64,000 nucleotides of DNA, from positions 29,710 through 93,709 of IMG/VR virus record IMGVR_UViG_3300027777_001718. One strand, 5' to 3'. A program made the translations under genes and the position numbers. Shown here one piece after another: positions 55,884-64,000 of this stretch. Position 1 is the stretch's first letter. Each line of letters starts with the position of its first letter. The DNA is from a virus. The notes under the pieces are model-generated. The model saw nothing but the letters and a program-made list of their open reading frames with translations, made no database searches and was not told the origin of the DNA.

Positions 55884-57054
55884 GACAGATATCCCGCTCG
55901 ATCAGGCACACGACGTCAGTGGTCGCGAGACACATCGGTTAACAACCTTGCACCCGAGCCCTGATTTCGTCAAAGCAGCTGCGCAGGATCGGCTGCAGGG
56001 TGACGAAACCCTGCCGCGCCATTTGTACGCTGATCAAAACAATAAACTTTACCCGTGCCATACTGCGGCTGCAACATGGATGTCGGCGTTGTTTTTCAAC
56101 GACAAACAAGCCCAGTTTAACAAAGTTGCATCGGAATACATTCGTACACGCATCCATCTGGCCGCGGAATATTTTGGGATTGCCGGGCTTGTGGGCGATC
56201 TGGAAGAGAAGATGGCCGCCGAAGTTGGGCAGAGTTTGGAGCAGCTACCTGACACTGAGTTTGCCATTGTCTGGGGCAGCGACACCGGCAAGGAACGCCA
56301 CTGGCCTCTGCGCAACGCTAACGAGGTCAAGTTCGCCGCGGCTAGCTTTAAGCAGTACCGGGACGAGTTTGTATTCGACGACCGGCATACGATTGCCAAT
56401 AAGATCCTTGAAAAAGCCGCTCAATATGGCGCCGACGTGAGTGACGCCGGCGGCACGCTGGAACTGGCGGCGGGCCAAGGTGCCTGCGCCGCCAAGGTTG
56501 CCAGCCAAATGCTTAAAGATCGCGTACGGCTTACCGCCCGCCAACACGGCGATCTGGCGGCTGAGTTGTCAAAGTTGGCCGAGATTGTTGACCAAAACCC
56601 GGATAAGGCCCGGGAGGTGGATACTCGACTGAAGTTGGCGAGCGCGGTCGACAACTTTGATAAGAATACCGGCCTGTACCGCATGTACGACGACGGCGGG
56701 TTGGCGCGGCCTGAAGAAGTCCTGTTCGCTATTACCGAGAAGGTAGCGCGGGACTTCCTTGACCAGAACGTCGAGACGACCACGGGTAACGTGTACGCGC
56801 TTGACGATCTGGAGAAGCTGGCCGTGGAAGACGTCCGCGAGTGGCTGGGCGACGACTTTGCCGACGCCGTCAGCGCCGGCGGCGTTTACATGGACCGCGA
56901 CAAGCTGGCCGAGATTGTGCCAACGCTTGATCGTGGTATGGCGTCCACGCTTGACCGACTTATGTCGGAGAAGACCGCCGGCGCTGTCGTGAAGTCAGCG
57001 GCTTTTGAGGGGCTGCTGCCGCTTGCTCGGCTTCACGAGCTTGCAAACGGTTAA
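55882..57054 (+). CDS. hypothetical protein with DUF6582-like motif (possibly virion-associated)
   Basis: R.WPL.N..EV..A...F......DR..IA..I...A..YG; GC3-rich coding pattern. Confidence 0.65.
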   Translation: MTDIPLDQAHDVSGRETHRLTTLHPSPDFVKAAAQDRLQGDETLPRHLYADQNNKLYPCHTAAATWMSALFFNDKQAQFNKVASEYIRTRIHLAAEYFGIAGLVGDLEEKMAAEVGQSLEQLPDTEFAIVWGSDTGKERHWPLRNANEVKFAAASFKQYRDEFVFDDRHTIANKILEKAAQYGADVSDAGGTLELAAGQGACAAKVASQMLKDRVRLTARQHGDLAAELSKLAEIVDQNPDKAREVDTRLKLASAVDNFDKNTGLYRMYDDGGLARPEEVLFAITEKVARDFLDQNVETTTGNVYALDDLEKLAVEDVREWLGDDFADAVSAGGVYMDRDKLAEIVPTLDRGMASTLDRLMSEKTAGAVVKSAAFEGLLPLARLHELANG

Positions 57055-57236
57055 TTGTCATCGTCGTTATCAGGCGCATCGGATTGAAGGTCATGGATGA
57101 CATGCCATCCAAGTTCTACACTGCGGTCTTCAACATGCTTGCGGCTAGCGCCGGCAAGTTCTTCCGGTGTCCAAATAATAACTGCGTAACCGCGACTTTG
57201 CAGTTCTGAGACGACCGCTTTCTCTTCTGGCGTCAT
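57051..57236 (-). CDS. small conserved phage protein
   Basis: GYAVIIWTPEEL motif. Confidence 0.65.
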   Translation of the reverse strand: MTPEEKAVVSELQSRGYAVIIWTPEELAGASRKHVEDRSVELGWHVIHDLQSDAPDNDDDN

Positions 57237-57490
57237 TGTTTTGTTCCTATAAACTTCGCTAGAAAACGATCTAGCGTTTCGCGCACTATGCTCGCGCGGC
57301 TGGGCGCGTCTACTGGCGTGTCTGTGTGTTCGCCCGGGTCAATGTTCTGGGAGCTAATTCCCGGGCTGTCTTTTGCTTGCGCGTCTAGCTCTGCGCGCAG
57401 TAACAGTTCGTGATGATACTCTTGCCAGTTTTCATAACTTTGTTGGTCTGGCAGATACGGGTCTTCAGGAAGTCTGTCGTTCCAGCCCAT
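57233..57490 (-). CDS. hypothetical protein
   Basis: MGWNDR N-terminus. Confidence 0.6.
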   Translation of the reverse strand: MGWNDRLPEDPYLPDQQSYENWQEYHHELLLRAELDAQAKDSPGISSQNIDPGEHTDTPVDAPSRASIVRETLDRFLAKFIGTKQ

Positions 57491-57665
57491 TTTTACGTTT
57501 CTCTTTTTCGTTGGCGGCGACTATTTCACCGCGCATAATAGATACGGCCTCCGGTGCCGTAAATCCAAGCTTGACGCGATCCCCGCAAATTTCGAGGACG
57601 CGGACAACGACCACTTTGTCGCCAATGATTATTGCTTCTTCTTTTTTCCGCGATAACACCAGCAT
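57465..57665 (-). CDS. csrA: carbon storage regulator CsrA
   Basis: MLVLSRK..E.I.IGD...V.VL...GDRVKLG..AP..V.I.R.EI. Confidence 0.92.
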   Translation of the reverse strand: MLVLSRKKEEAIIIGDKVVVVRVLEICGDRVKLGFTAPEAVSIMRGEIVAANEKEKRKNGLERQTS

Positions 57666-57689
57666 GGCAGTCTTTCTTAGCGTAAAACG

Positions 57690-58358
57690 CTATTTATGCA
57701 CATTGTTTAACATCTCAACAACATTTTGTGTGTTGCCGTTTTTCAAATTCAGGGCGGCCATTTGCTCTGCTAACAACTTCGTTTTCATGCGAAGCGTGTT
57801 ATTGATATCTTCGGTCTTGCCGGCTTCCAGCTCGTAGACAGCGTTAAACATCTCGGGGTCGTCTGAGAAATCCGTGATGTTTTTTGACACTTTGTTATTG
57901 CGCATGGCGATCCGCAAGATGTCAGGCGGATTGATGATGCCTTCGCTATCCAGTACGGCGCCAATGTAGCTGCGGATTTCGTTTGTGAACGGATCCGGGT
58001 CGTTTTCGTCTGGCGGCTCGATCATCAGGGCTTCTGTAACGCCCCACGCAATCTCTTCAGCGTCAGCCGGGTCCCACATATCAGGGCGGTACGTGTCGTC
58101 ACCCAGTACGTTACAGAACGAGATGAAGTCGGGAAGATTCTTAAAGAACCTGTCCGTGGTCAGAATCTGGATACAGACGATGAGCTTGTCGAGCGAACCT
58201 TGACTCAGCTTGACGTTAAACTCTTCTTCGATCTCCAGCGCCATTGTGCTGGGGTCCCACTCAAGCCCTTCCATGCCGAAACGGTCAAGGAACAACGTCA
58301 GTAGCACGCTGCCAAACGTCTCCCGACTCGTCCACGCTGTTTGCATTATGTTTGACAT
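57690..58358 (-). CDS. hypothetical protein
   Basis: 222 aa ORF. Confidence 0.7.
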   Translation of the reverse strand: MSNIMQTAWTSRETFGSVLLTLFLDRFGMEGLEWDPSTMALEIEEEFNVKLSQGSLDKLIVCIQILTTDRFFKNLPDFISFCNVLGDDTYRPDMWDPADAEEIAWGVTEALMIEPPDENDPDPFTNEIRSYIGAVLDSEGIINPPDILRIAMRNNKVSKNITDFSDDPEMFNAVYELEAGKTEDINNTLRMKTKLLAEQMAALNLKNGNTQNVVEMLNNVHK

Positions 58359-58818
58359 GCATCCCTGCTCGTTTCTCGATTTGCAGTACGCCCCGGCGGT
58401 ACAGTTCTCCTAGATTATACGCAATCGTCTCCATGGGCGGATGCGGAATCATCTCAAGTGCTTCCCCCGTAAGGAGATCGGTAAAACCGGTATGTCCGGT
58501 CCACGTGCAAAACTGGTTGTCTGCGAACACAAGCTGCTTCAGGCACGTCGGGCATTCTTCGCCCGCGTGGTCCGCAAATACCGGGGTGAGCTGGGTCAAG
58601 ATCAACACGCGCTGTTCAGCCTGTAAAAACCCAAGCCGCTGGAGCATGTCAGCCACAAGCAAGATAAAGATATCATTGGCGGCGAGTGCGGTATTTTCGC
58701 CGGGTAGCTCAACGCGCAAGATCGTGTTAAAAATAGACCGAATTTGCAGCTTGCTTAACGCTACCACGCGCATTACCATATTTAGCGTAATGCTCTTTTT
58801 TTCACCGGAGGTTTCCAT
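58285..58818 (-). CDS. hypothetical protein (start 58818 or 58779)
   Basis: 3' part of the 250 aa ORF; the 5' extension is antisense to a plus-strand gene. Confidence 0.6.
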   Translation of the reverse strand: METSGEKKSITLNMVMRVVALSKLQIRSIFNTILRVELPGENTALAANDIFILLVADMLQRLGFLQAEQRVLILTQLTPVFADHAGEECPTCLKQLVFADNQFCTWTGHTGFTDLLTGEALEMIPHPPMETIAYNLGELYRRGVLQIEKRAGMHVKHNANSVDESGDVWQRATDVVP

Positions 58819-59092
58819 GATTTCTATCATTGACTCGCTTTCTAATGTCTCTACTGGCCGGGCTGAATTTGTTGTCAGCGGTAATGGTATCGAAGAACTC
58901 ATGGCGGCTGCAACCTCAAACATGGTGTTGCAAAAGGCTGCCGAGCTTGGCCTGAACCGCCCCGGTGTTTCAAACGCTAGCGGCCCGTACCCGGTTGACG
59001 AGAATGGCAAGACCGACGACGAGCTGATGATGGGCAAGCGTGGCCCGGTTACTGGCTACCAGCGCGACTTTGTCATTCTGGCGTCGCTCTGA
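58817..59092 (+). CDS. hypothetical protein (91 aa)
   Basis: GGAGG RBS at 58807-58811 before MISIIDSL. Confidence 0.7.
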   Translation: MISIIDSLSNVSTGRAEFVVSGNGIEELMAAATSNMVLQKAAELGLNRPGVSNASGPYPVDENGKTDDELMMGKRGPVTGYQRDFVILASL

Positions 59093-59410
59093 TCAGCAGT
59101 AGTCGTCATCGCGGTCAATATCGCGAAAGTCTATAGCTTTGCCAGCTTCGAACTGCACGACTATAAAACAAACTGGCGTTGAGACTTCAAAACCCAAGCG
59201 CATAGCGGCTGCGCCGGCGGTGCGGCGGCTCATTGTCTTGGCAACCTTGAATGCCTCGGAGCTGTCGGCGAACAGTCCGACTGGTACGTCGTCCATGGTG
59301 TGGCGCCAGATAACGAGATAGCCCGTCATGCCCGACTTATGAGCCGCGCTACGTGTCTTACGCGGCGCGGCTTTCTTTTTGGTAATGGTCTTTTTGGTTT
59401 TAGTTTTCAT
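59093..59410 (-). CDS. hypothetical protein
   Basis: Lys-rich N-terminus; RHTMDDVPVGLF. Confidence 0.65.
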   Translation of the reverse strand: MKTKTKKTITKKKAAPRKTRSAAHKSGMTGYLVIWRHTMDDVPVGLFADSSEAFKVAKTMSRRTAGAAAMRLGFEVSTPVCFIVVQFEAGKAIDFRDIDRDDDYC

Positions 59411-59774
59411 GGGTTTTCTTTGCTAGTTGGGCGCGGATGTGCGGGTGTTTAAGCGCGTGCGGCAGCAGCTCGGGCTGTTGCATGTGCTTTTTCCCTGTTT
59501 TGATATCTTCTACATGGATGCGCATTTTGTAACCTAACGCGTAGAACATCTTCGCGATGTCTTCTAGCGTTGGCGTGCCGCCCATAATAGCCTTGATGTG
59601 CTTGGGCGTTACGCGCATTTTTCTGGCCACAAGACTGTTGGGCATCTTGTGATTTAACTGCAGAGTGGCCAGCCATTCGGTAGCTAAGCCTTCCAAACTA
59701 ATTGCGTAAGCGCTGCCGTTTTCTGCGGGTGGCTTTGTTCGGCTAAATTTACTGACTGTCATTATCTGCTCCAA
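59400..59774 (-). CDS. XRE-family HTH protein
   Basis: VARKMRVT...I..I..G.PTLEDIAKM.YALG. Confidence 0.65.
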   Translation of the reverse strand: MEQIMTVSKFSRTKPPAENGSAYAISLEGLATEWLATLQLNHKMPNSLVARKMRVTPKHIKAIMGGTPTLEDIAKMFYALGYKMRIHVEDIKTGKKHMQQPELLPHALKHPHIRAQLAKKTHEN

Positions 59775-60225
59775 AAGTGTCGATATGCGCTAGGCGTGCT
59801 GCGTAAAATTCCGCCACGTCGCCCGCCACTGTTGTAAAACGTTTGACAATCTCAGGAACAATCTTGGTCGTGAATACAGCCAAAATTGTTTTTTGATATT
59901 TAGCCATGGCCTCTGGTGCGTATTTGGCGCGCCTAACTTTTTCCGCGCCGCTGCGTACGGTTGGGTCGCTGTCCAGCATGATTTGCACAAATGCCGGATT
60001 TACGAACTCAATGATGTGGCCGTATACCTGTTTGACTTCATACGGAACCGGGACTTCGAACATACACGCCCCGGGCCATACGTCTCCGGGTTTGGAGTCT
60101 TTTGAAAGATACCGCAGCTTTCCGAGCGACCAACCAAACGCTGCGGCGTCGTCATTTGGTTCGGCCATGACGAACGGCGGCTTGACCGTCTCTGGTTTTT
60201 TGTCGAGTTTTAGTTTGCGTTTCAT
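59749..60225 (-). CDS. hypothetical protein
   Basis: 158 aa ORF. Confidence 0.65.
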   Translation of the reverse strand: MKRKLKLDKKPETVKPPFVMAEPNDDAAAFGWSLGKLRYLSKDSKPGDVWPGACMFEVPVPYEVKQVYGHIIEFVNPAFVQIMLDSDPTVRSGAEKVRRAKYAPEAMAKYQKTILAVFTTKIVPEIVKRFTTVAGDVAEFYAARLAHIDTFGADNDSQ

Positions 60226-60249
60226 TGATAGCTAAGGAAAATTGACCAC

Positions 60250-60306
60250 GCAGCTGGGATTACACATTACCGCCGGTTTAGGGTGGTAGATGTGTATCCC
60301 AGCTGC
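60250..60306. other. long imperfect hairpin downstream of the 60324 gene
   Basis: GCAGCTGGGA-TACACAT-TACCGCC / GGTGGTA-ATGTGTA-TCCCAGCTGC. Confidence 0.65.
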
Positions 60307-60323
60307 ACAGCTAGTGATACGGA

Positions 60324-60716
60324 TTATCGGTCAAGACTCGCAGAGCACGTCCGATAAGCGTGATACTGCGCCCGCGCCTCAGCGTGCGGGTCGGCCGACT
60401 TGAGGACCGTGTCCTCGCCGTCAGCGGCCATCATGCCCCTGAACATAGCCGCGGTGTACTCGTTGTACAGCCGGCTCATGTTTCCCCGCCGTGAATTGGC
60501 GGTGATGTCCAGAACTCGTTCCCGAACCAGCGCTGCCTTGCTCCAGAAGCCGTCGATCTTGGCGGCGTCATCGGCAGACTGCTCCATCACGTACTCGAAA
60601 AGCTTGATGGCTTTGTTCGGTACGATCTGGAAGCTGGGCGCGGCTTTGTAGAGCCGCTTGATCACGTTGGCCCGAAACTTCTCAACCACCGGCGACGAAA
60701 CAGTTGCAGCAACCAT
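60324..60716 (-). CDS. hypothetical protein
   Basis: GAGGGA RBS before MVAATVS; GC3-rich. Confidence 0.65.
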   Translation of the reverse strand: MVAATVSSPVVEKFRANVIKRLYKAAPSFQIVPNKAIKLFEYVMEQSADDAAKIDGFWSKAALVRERVLDITANSRRGNMSRLYNEYTAAMFRGMMAADGEDTVLKSADPHAEARAQYHAYRTCSASLDR

Positions 60717-60840
60717 GGCAGAAATCCCTCGCGAGGACACGGTTATTGAGCCACTGATACAACACAGTAGCGTCAACTAATATGCCGCGTTATTGCGAGA
60801 AATTTAGCGTTTGTTCCACATTCCAGAATATGGAAAACGC

Positions 60841-61140
60841 TTAAAACGTCAGCTGTACTACTTGGTTGCCGGCGTTGACGTAAATGATGCGAACTTTCTC
60901 GGCATCGAGCAATTTTTTGAACTCCGCCTTTTTTTCGCCGCTCATGCCGGCTAAGCATGCTTTAATCTTAGCCATGTCACTGCGTTGCTTTTCTTGCCGC
61001 TTGCTTGCGCATGAACCGCAGCCCGCGCGTGAGGTTGTAAAAATATCGCGCTTATTGATGAAGCACGGAATGTCTGCAAACTTAGCGTCTTGCAGCATTG
61101 AGAAGATGGTGCTGTCTTCAATTACAACAAGTGCGGCCAT
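60841..61140 (-). CDS. small Cys-motif protein
   Basis: AGCGSC motif. Confidence 0.65.
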   Translation of the reverse strand: MAALVVIEDSTIFSMLQDAKFADIPCFINKRDIFTTSRAGCGSCASKRQEKQRSDMAKIKACLAGMSGEKKAEFKKLLDAEKVRIIYVNAGNQVVQLTF

Positions 61141-61147
61141 AACAAAC

Positions 61148-61660
61148 TCACTCGGGCGGGTTGCCGACCCAAAGTTGGCCGCCGGGCAGTAATGTGTCTG
61201 TCAGATCTAACGTAGCCTTTAAGCGCTGTACGTCATCAGCTACGTCGCGGATAAACGCCTCTACTTCTGCGCGCGATCTTAAAAGCACGTCTACAAAATC
61301 AAGGCGAAACCATTCCGGGCGCGCATCTGGGATAGGCGCGTCTTCTGGGTACTCTTCCAAATCAGTCGGCGAGCAAATATGGTCAAATGCGCCAATGCGT
61401 TCCTCTTCACCCGGCTTGAGCGGCAACAACAAGTAGGCAAAGATCTTGGTCGGCATGAGCGCGGCGTTGCTCGCTGTGATGCGCACCCGGATGCCGTCAG
61501 TGGAGTGGTAGTTATACCGACTTACCTGCCATGTTAGCTTGACGCGCCGGCTACTGTTGGTGACAGCCATGGGCGCGATGTGCGGCGAGTAAAAGTCCAA
61601 CCCGATTGCGTCAGGGACTTTAATTTCGTCGTCTGGGTTTGACGCGCGGCAATCTGACAT
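61148..61660 (-). CDS. hypothetical protein
   Basis: F..ICSP.DLEEYP...P...FRL..VD...RS motif. Confidence 0.7.
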   Translation of the reverse strand: MSDCRASNPDDEIKVPDAIGLDFYSPHIAPMAVTNSSRRVKLTWQVSRYNYHSTDGIRVRITASNAALMPTKIFAYLLLPLKPGEEERIGAFDHICSPTDLEEYPEDAPIPDARPEWFRLDFVDVLLRSRAEVEAFIRDVADDVQRLKATLDLTDTLLPGGQLWVGNPPE

Positions 61661-61668
61661 CAGCGCCT

Positions 61669-62064
61669 CTACGGAAATAGATATCTTGTCGGAGTTGTCT
61701 CGTTTGGCTTGGCGTAGAATATTGTAACACCTGTCGATGCAATATCGTCTGTCTTGGCGACATATCGCACAAACTGCTGCACTGTCTCGGGGTTTGTCTG
61801 TTTTGCAGCTTCAAGCGTTTCTAGAAACTCTGAAACGCAGCCGGCAATAAGCGTAGTGTCAGCGCGGCAGCGGCAGCCAGCTCGTTTTGCTGAATATTCG
61901 AACGCGGCGTTACACGCGTCCATGGTTTCTTTCAACGGGCTCAAGCCCGGATTACGCTCAAAAAAATCCTGCGTTTTGACCAGCTGCAGGATATTGTCGC
62001 GATTGAGTGACATCATGCGAGTCATATTGTTCGCCATGTTTGCGCTCCGGGTATTAGCCCGCAT
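61669..62064 (-). CDS. small Cys-motif protein
   Basis: AGCRC motif; start uncertain. Confidence 0.6.
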   Translation of the reverse strand: MRANTRSANMANNMTRMMSLNRDNILQLVKTQDFFERNPGLSPLKETMDACNAAFEYSAKRAGCRCRADTTLIAGCVSEFLETLEAAKQTNPETVQQFVRYVAKTDDIASTGVTIFYAKPNETTPTRYLFP

Positions 62065-62112
62065 TTTATCGTCCGCGCATTATTTGTGTAGCTATTCTTG
62101 GGCCTCAAAATT

Positions 62113-63555
62113 TTACGGGTTATTTACGGCGTCTCGGATAGCCGCGCGTAACACCGCGTTTGTTTGAATAGCGGCAATCAGCTGGCTAATTGTCAGGCCG
62201 CCATTTGGCCCTGTCGGCCCGGTAGCGCCAACTGGCCCAAATGGGCCAGTAGCCCCAAATGGCCCTAGCGGGCCTGTAGCTCCTGTTGCGCCGCGGCTAC
62301 CTGCGGGCCCGCTTGGACCCGTTGCGCCGGCAGGGCCAGTGGACCCAACTACGCCTGTTGGACCACTGGGACCAGTTGGGCCTGTTATACCCCGCGGGCC
62401 GGTAATTCCTGTAGGGCCGAGTGCGCCCGACGTGCCGATTGCGCCAGTAGGCCCTGTAACGCCCGCAGGGCCCGTTGGCCCGCTGGCACCTGTCATACCG
62501 CGCTCGCCCGGTGTACCGCACGGCCCGGTGGCTCCTGTGGCCCCTGTAACGCCGTGGGCGCCTGTTACGCCAACGCCAGTAGCTCCGCGTAAGCCAGTAG
62601 CACCAGTTGCGCCTTTTACGCCCGTGGCGCCCGTTGCGCCTGTTTGCCCCCGTTGCCCGCGTTGCCCAGTTGCGCCTAGAAATCCACGGGGGCCAATGAT
62701 GCCAGTTGCGCCCGGAACTCCTTGTTCGCCTTGATCGCCTTTGAAACCTCTTGGCCCTTGAATGCCGGTGGCGCCGATTAAACCTTGTGCGCCTGTAGCG
62801 CCAATTGCGCCAGACGCCCCCGGCTCGCCTTTAATTCCAGTGATACCGCGCGGGCCGGTTGTGCCCGTTGCGCCTTTACTGCCTGTCGCCCCCGTGGCGC
62901 CAGTAACGCCTTTCACGCCGGTAGCACCTCTAACGCCGATAGCGCCTGTGGCACCAGTAACACCTTTAACGCCTGTAGCGCCTGTAACACCAATAGCTCC
63001 TGTAGCGCCCGGAGTGCCGTTAATACCGCGTAAACCCGCCACGCCAGTTGCGCCGCGTAAACCGCTGATACCCTGCGGCCCGGCGCCGCCAGTAACGCCA
63101 GTGGCGCCAGTAATACCTCTAGGACCTACCGCTCCGGTAATGCCTGTAACTCCGGTAGCGCCGACGACTCCTGTTGCGCCTGTGACCCCTATTGCGCCCT
63201 TTGCGCCTGTGGCTCCGGTAACGCCGATTTCGCCTGTAACGCCCGTTGCGCCTGTATCGCCAGTTGCACCTTTGGCGCCAGTAACTCCTGTAAAACCTCT
63301 GGGGCCTACTGCGCCAGTAATACCTGTAACGCCAGTTTCGCCCTTGGCGCCGGTGGCGCCAGTAACACCAGTTAAACCTTGTGGGCCTGTGACGCCTGCA
63401 GGTCCCGGCGGCCCCTGTTCACCTTGTGGCCCGGGCGGGCCGGGCGGGCCGGCGGCCGAACCGCAACCTGCAGATGTTGCGCGCAAAACAGGCGCGTCAA
63501 CCGACTGCAGTATGATTTCTTCTTCGATCAGCTTGTCGGCGTTGTTGTCTGTCAT
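62113..63555 (-). CDS. collagen-like triple-helix repeat protein (fibre)
   Basis: well over 100 near-continuous G-X-Y triplets (GAT/GVT/GPT). Confidence 0.9.
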   Translation of the reverse strand: MTDNNADKLIEEEIILQSVDAPVLRATSAGCGSAAGPPGPPGPQGEQGPPGPAGVTGPQGLTGVTGATGAKGETGVTGITGAVGPRGFTGVTGAKGATGDTGATGVTGEIGVTGATGAKGAIGVTGATGVVGATGVTGITGAVGPRGITGATGVTGGAGPQGISGLRGATGVAGLRGINGTPGATGAIGVTGATGVKGVTGATGAIGVRGATGVKGVTGATGATGSKGATGTTGPRGITGIKGEPGASGAIGATGAQGLIGATGIQGPRGFKGDQGEQGVPGATGIIGPRGFLGATGQRGQRGQTGATGATGVKGATGATGLRGATGVGVTGAHGVTGATGATGPCGTPGERGMTGASGPTGPAGVTGPTGAIGTSGALGPTGITGPRGITGPTGPSGPTGVVGSTGPAGATGPSGPAGSRGATGATGPLGPFGATGPFGPVGATGPTGPNGGLTISQLIAAIQTNAVLRAAIRDAVNNP

Positions 63556-63562
63556 GATATTT

Positions 63563-64000
63563 TTATCCCAACAGTTCGAGTAGCAACGCGCGAAATTTCG
63601 CTCGTAGTGTCGGGTTTACAGGCTGTCCGCTGGAATTCAAACCTAGTTGCGTTATGAGCGCATTTGTAAAATTTGCGTCAGCGGCCAAATTTTGTGTGTT
63701 TAAACTCACAGTCGCGCCGACAACTGTGTTATCCACAATTGTAACATTGCCGGTAATGATATTTGGCCGCGACGATATAAAATTGCTGCCGCTAAGTGTT
63801 ACCTGCGGGCCTGTAGCACCCTGCGGCCCGGTTGGCCCCGTAGCGCCGCGGACGCCCGTGGGCCCTGTAATGCCGCGTAAGCCTGTCGCGCCCGCAGTGC
63901 CGCGCGGCCCGAGCACGCCAGTAGCTCCGGTAACACCCACCACACCAGTGGCGCCGATTTCACCCGCTGTGCCGCATGGCCCTGTTGCGCCTGTAATGCC
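63563..64000 (-). CDS. collagen-like repeat protein, 3' part (starts outside window)
   Basis: G-X-Y frame open to position 64000. Confidence 0.85.
   Translation of the reverse strand, partial: GITGATGPCGTAGEIGATGVVGVTGATGVLGPRGTAGATGLRGITGPTGVRGATGPTGPQGATGPQVTLSGSNFISSRPNIITGNVTIVDNTVVGATVSLNTQNLAADANFTNALITQLGLNSSGQPVNPTLRAKFRALLLELLG

Noticed and set aside
3925-63583. Long plus-strand ORFs such as 3925-4860, 41972-42757, the 5' part of 58244-59092 and 62762-63583
   Set aside because: Antisense shadows of well-supported minus-strand genes, with no motifs or RBS
62113-64000. Non-coding tandem repeat or guide array
   Set aside because: The 9-nt periodicity is fully explained by G-X-Y collagen codons with synonymous variation
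1-64000. Stop-codon reassignment (alternative genetic code)
   Set aside because: Core genes are full length and tile tightly under code 11, with TAA, TAG and TGA all used as stops
1-64000. Reverse transcriptase systems (DGR, retron) or an integrase
   Set aside because: No RT or tyrosine/serine recombinase motifs were recognised in any ORF

Overview
A gene-dense 64 kb segment of a large (probably jumbo) dsDNA bacteriophage using genetic code 11, with almost all genes on the minus strand. A Planctomycetota host is my inference from several Planctomycete-style proteins. Left to right: (1) a replication/recombination block (RecA/UvsX-like, ParB-like, gp32-like SSB, UDG-PolA fusion, primase, DnaB-like helicase, SF2 helicase, SbcC/SbcD, DEDDh exonuclease); (2) an HNH gene overlapping tRNA-Gln; (3) a palindrome-rich non-coding origin candidate near 29.5 kb; (4) a long run of small accessory genes, including a Ycf46-like AAA/DUF2997/DUF1257/DUF3150 module; (5) an isolated plus-strand terminase large subunit, tRNA-Thr, a pyrimidine-dimer glycosylase and CsrA; (6) collagen-like fibre genes. 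The best candidate for an undescribed system is a tightly packed cassette inside the replication operon: an apparently catalytically dead IS110/Tas-like (Nop-fold) protein, a stand-alone Cas7/RAMP-like protein and an SF2 helicase, with no CRISPR or TIGR array visible in the window. Other oddities are three divergent gene pairs with shared or abutting start codons (CATG/CATATG), an XRE-HTH/deoxyhypusine-synthase-like fusion, and several degenerate enzymes. All family calls come from motif recognition by eye; no searches were run.
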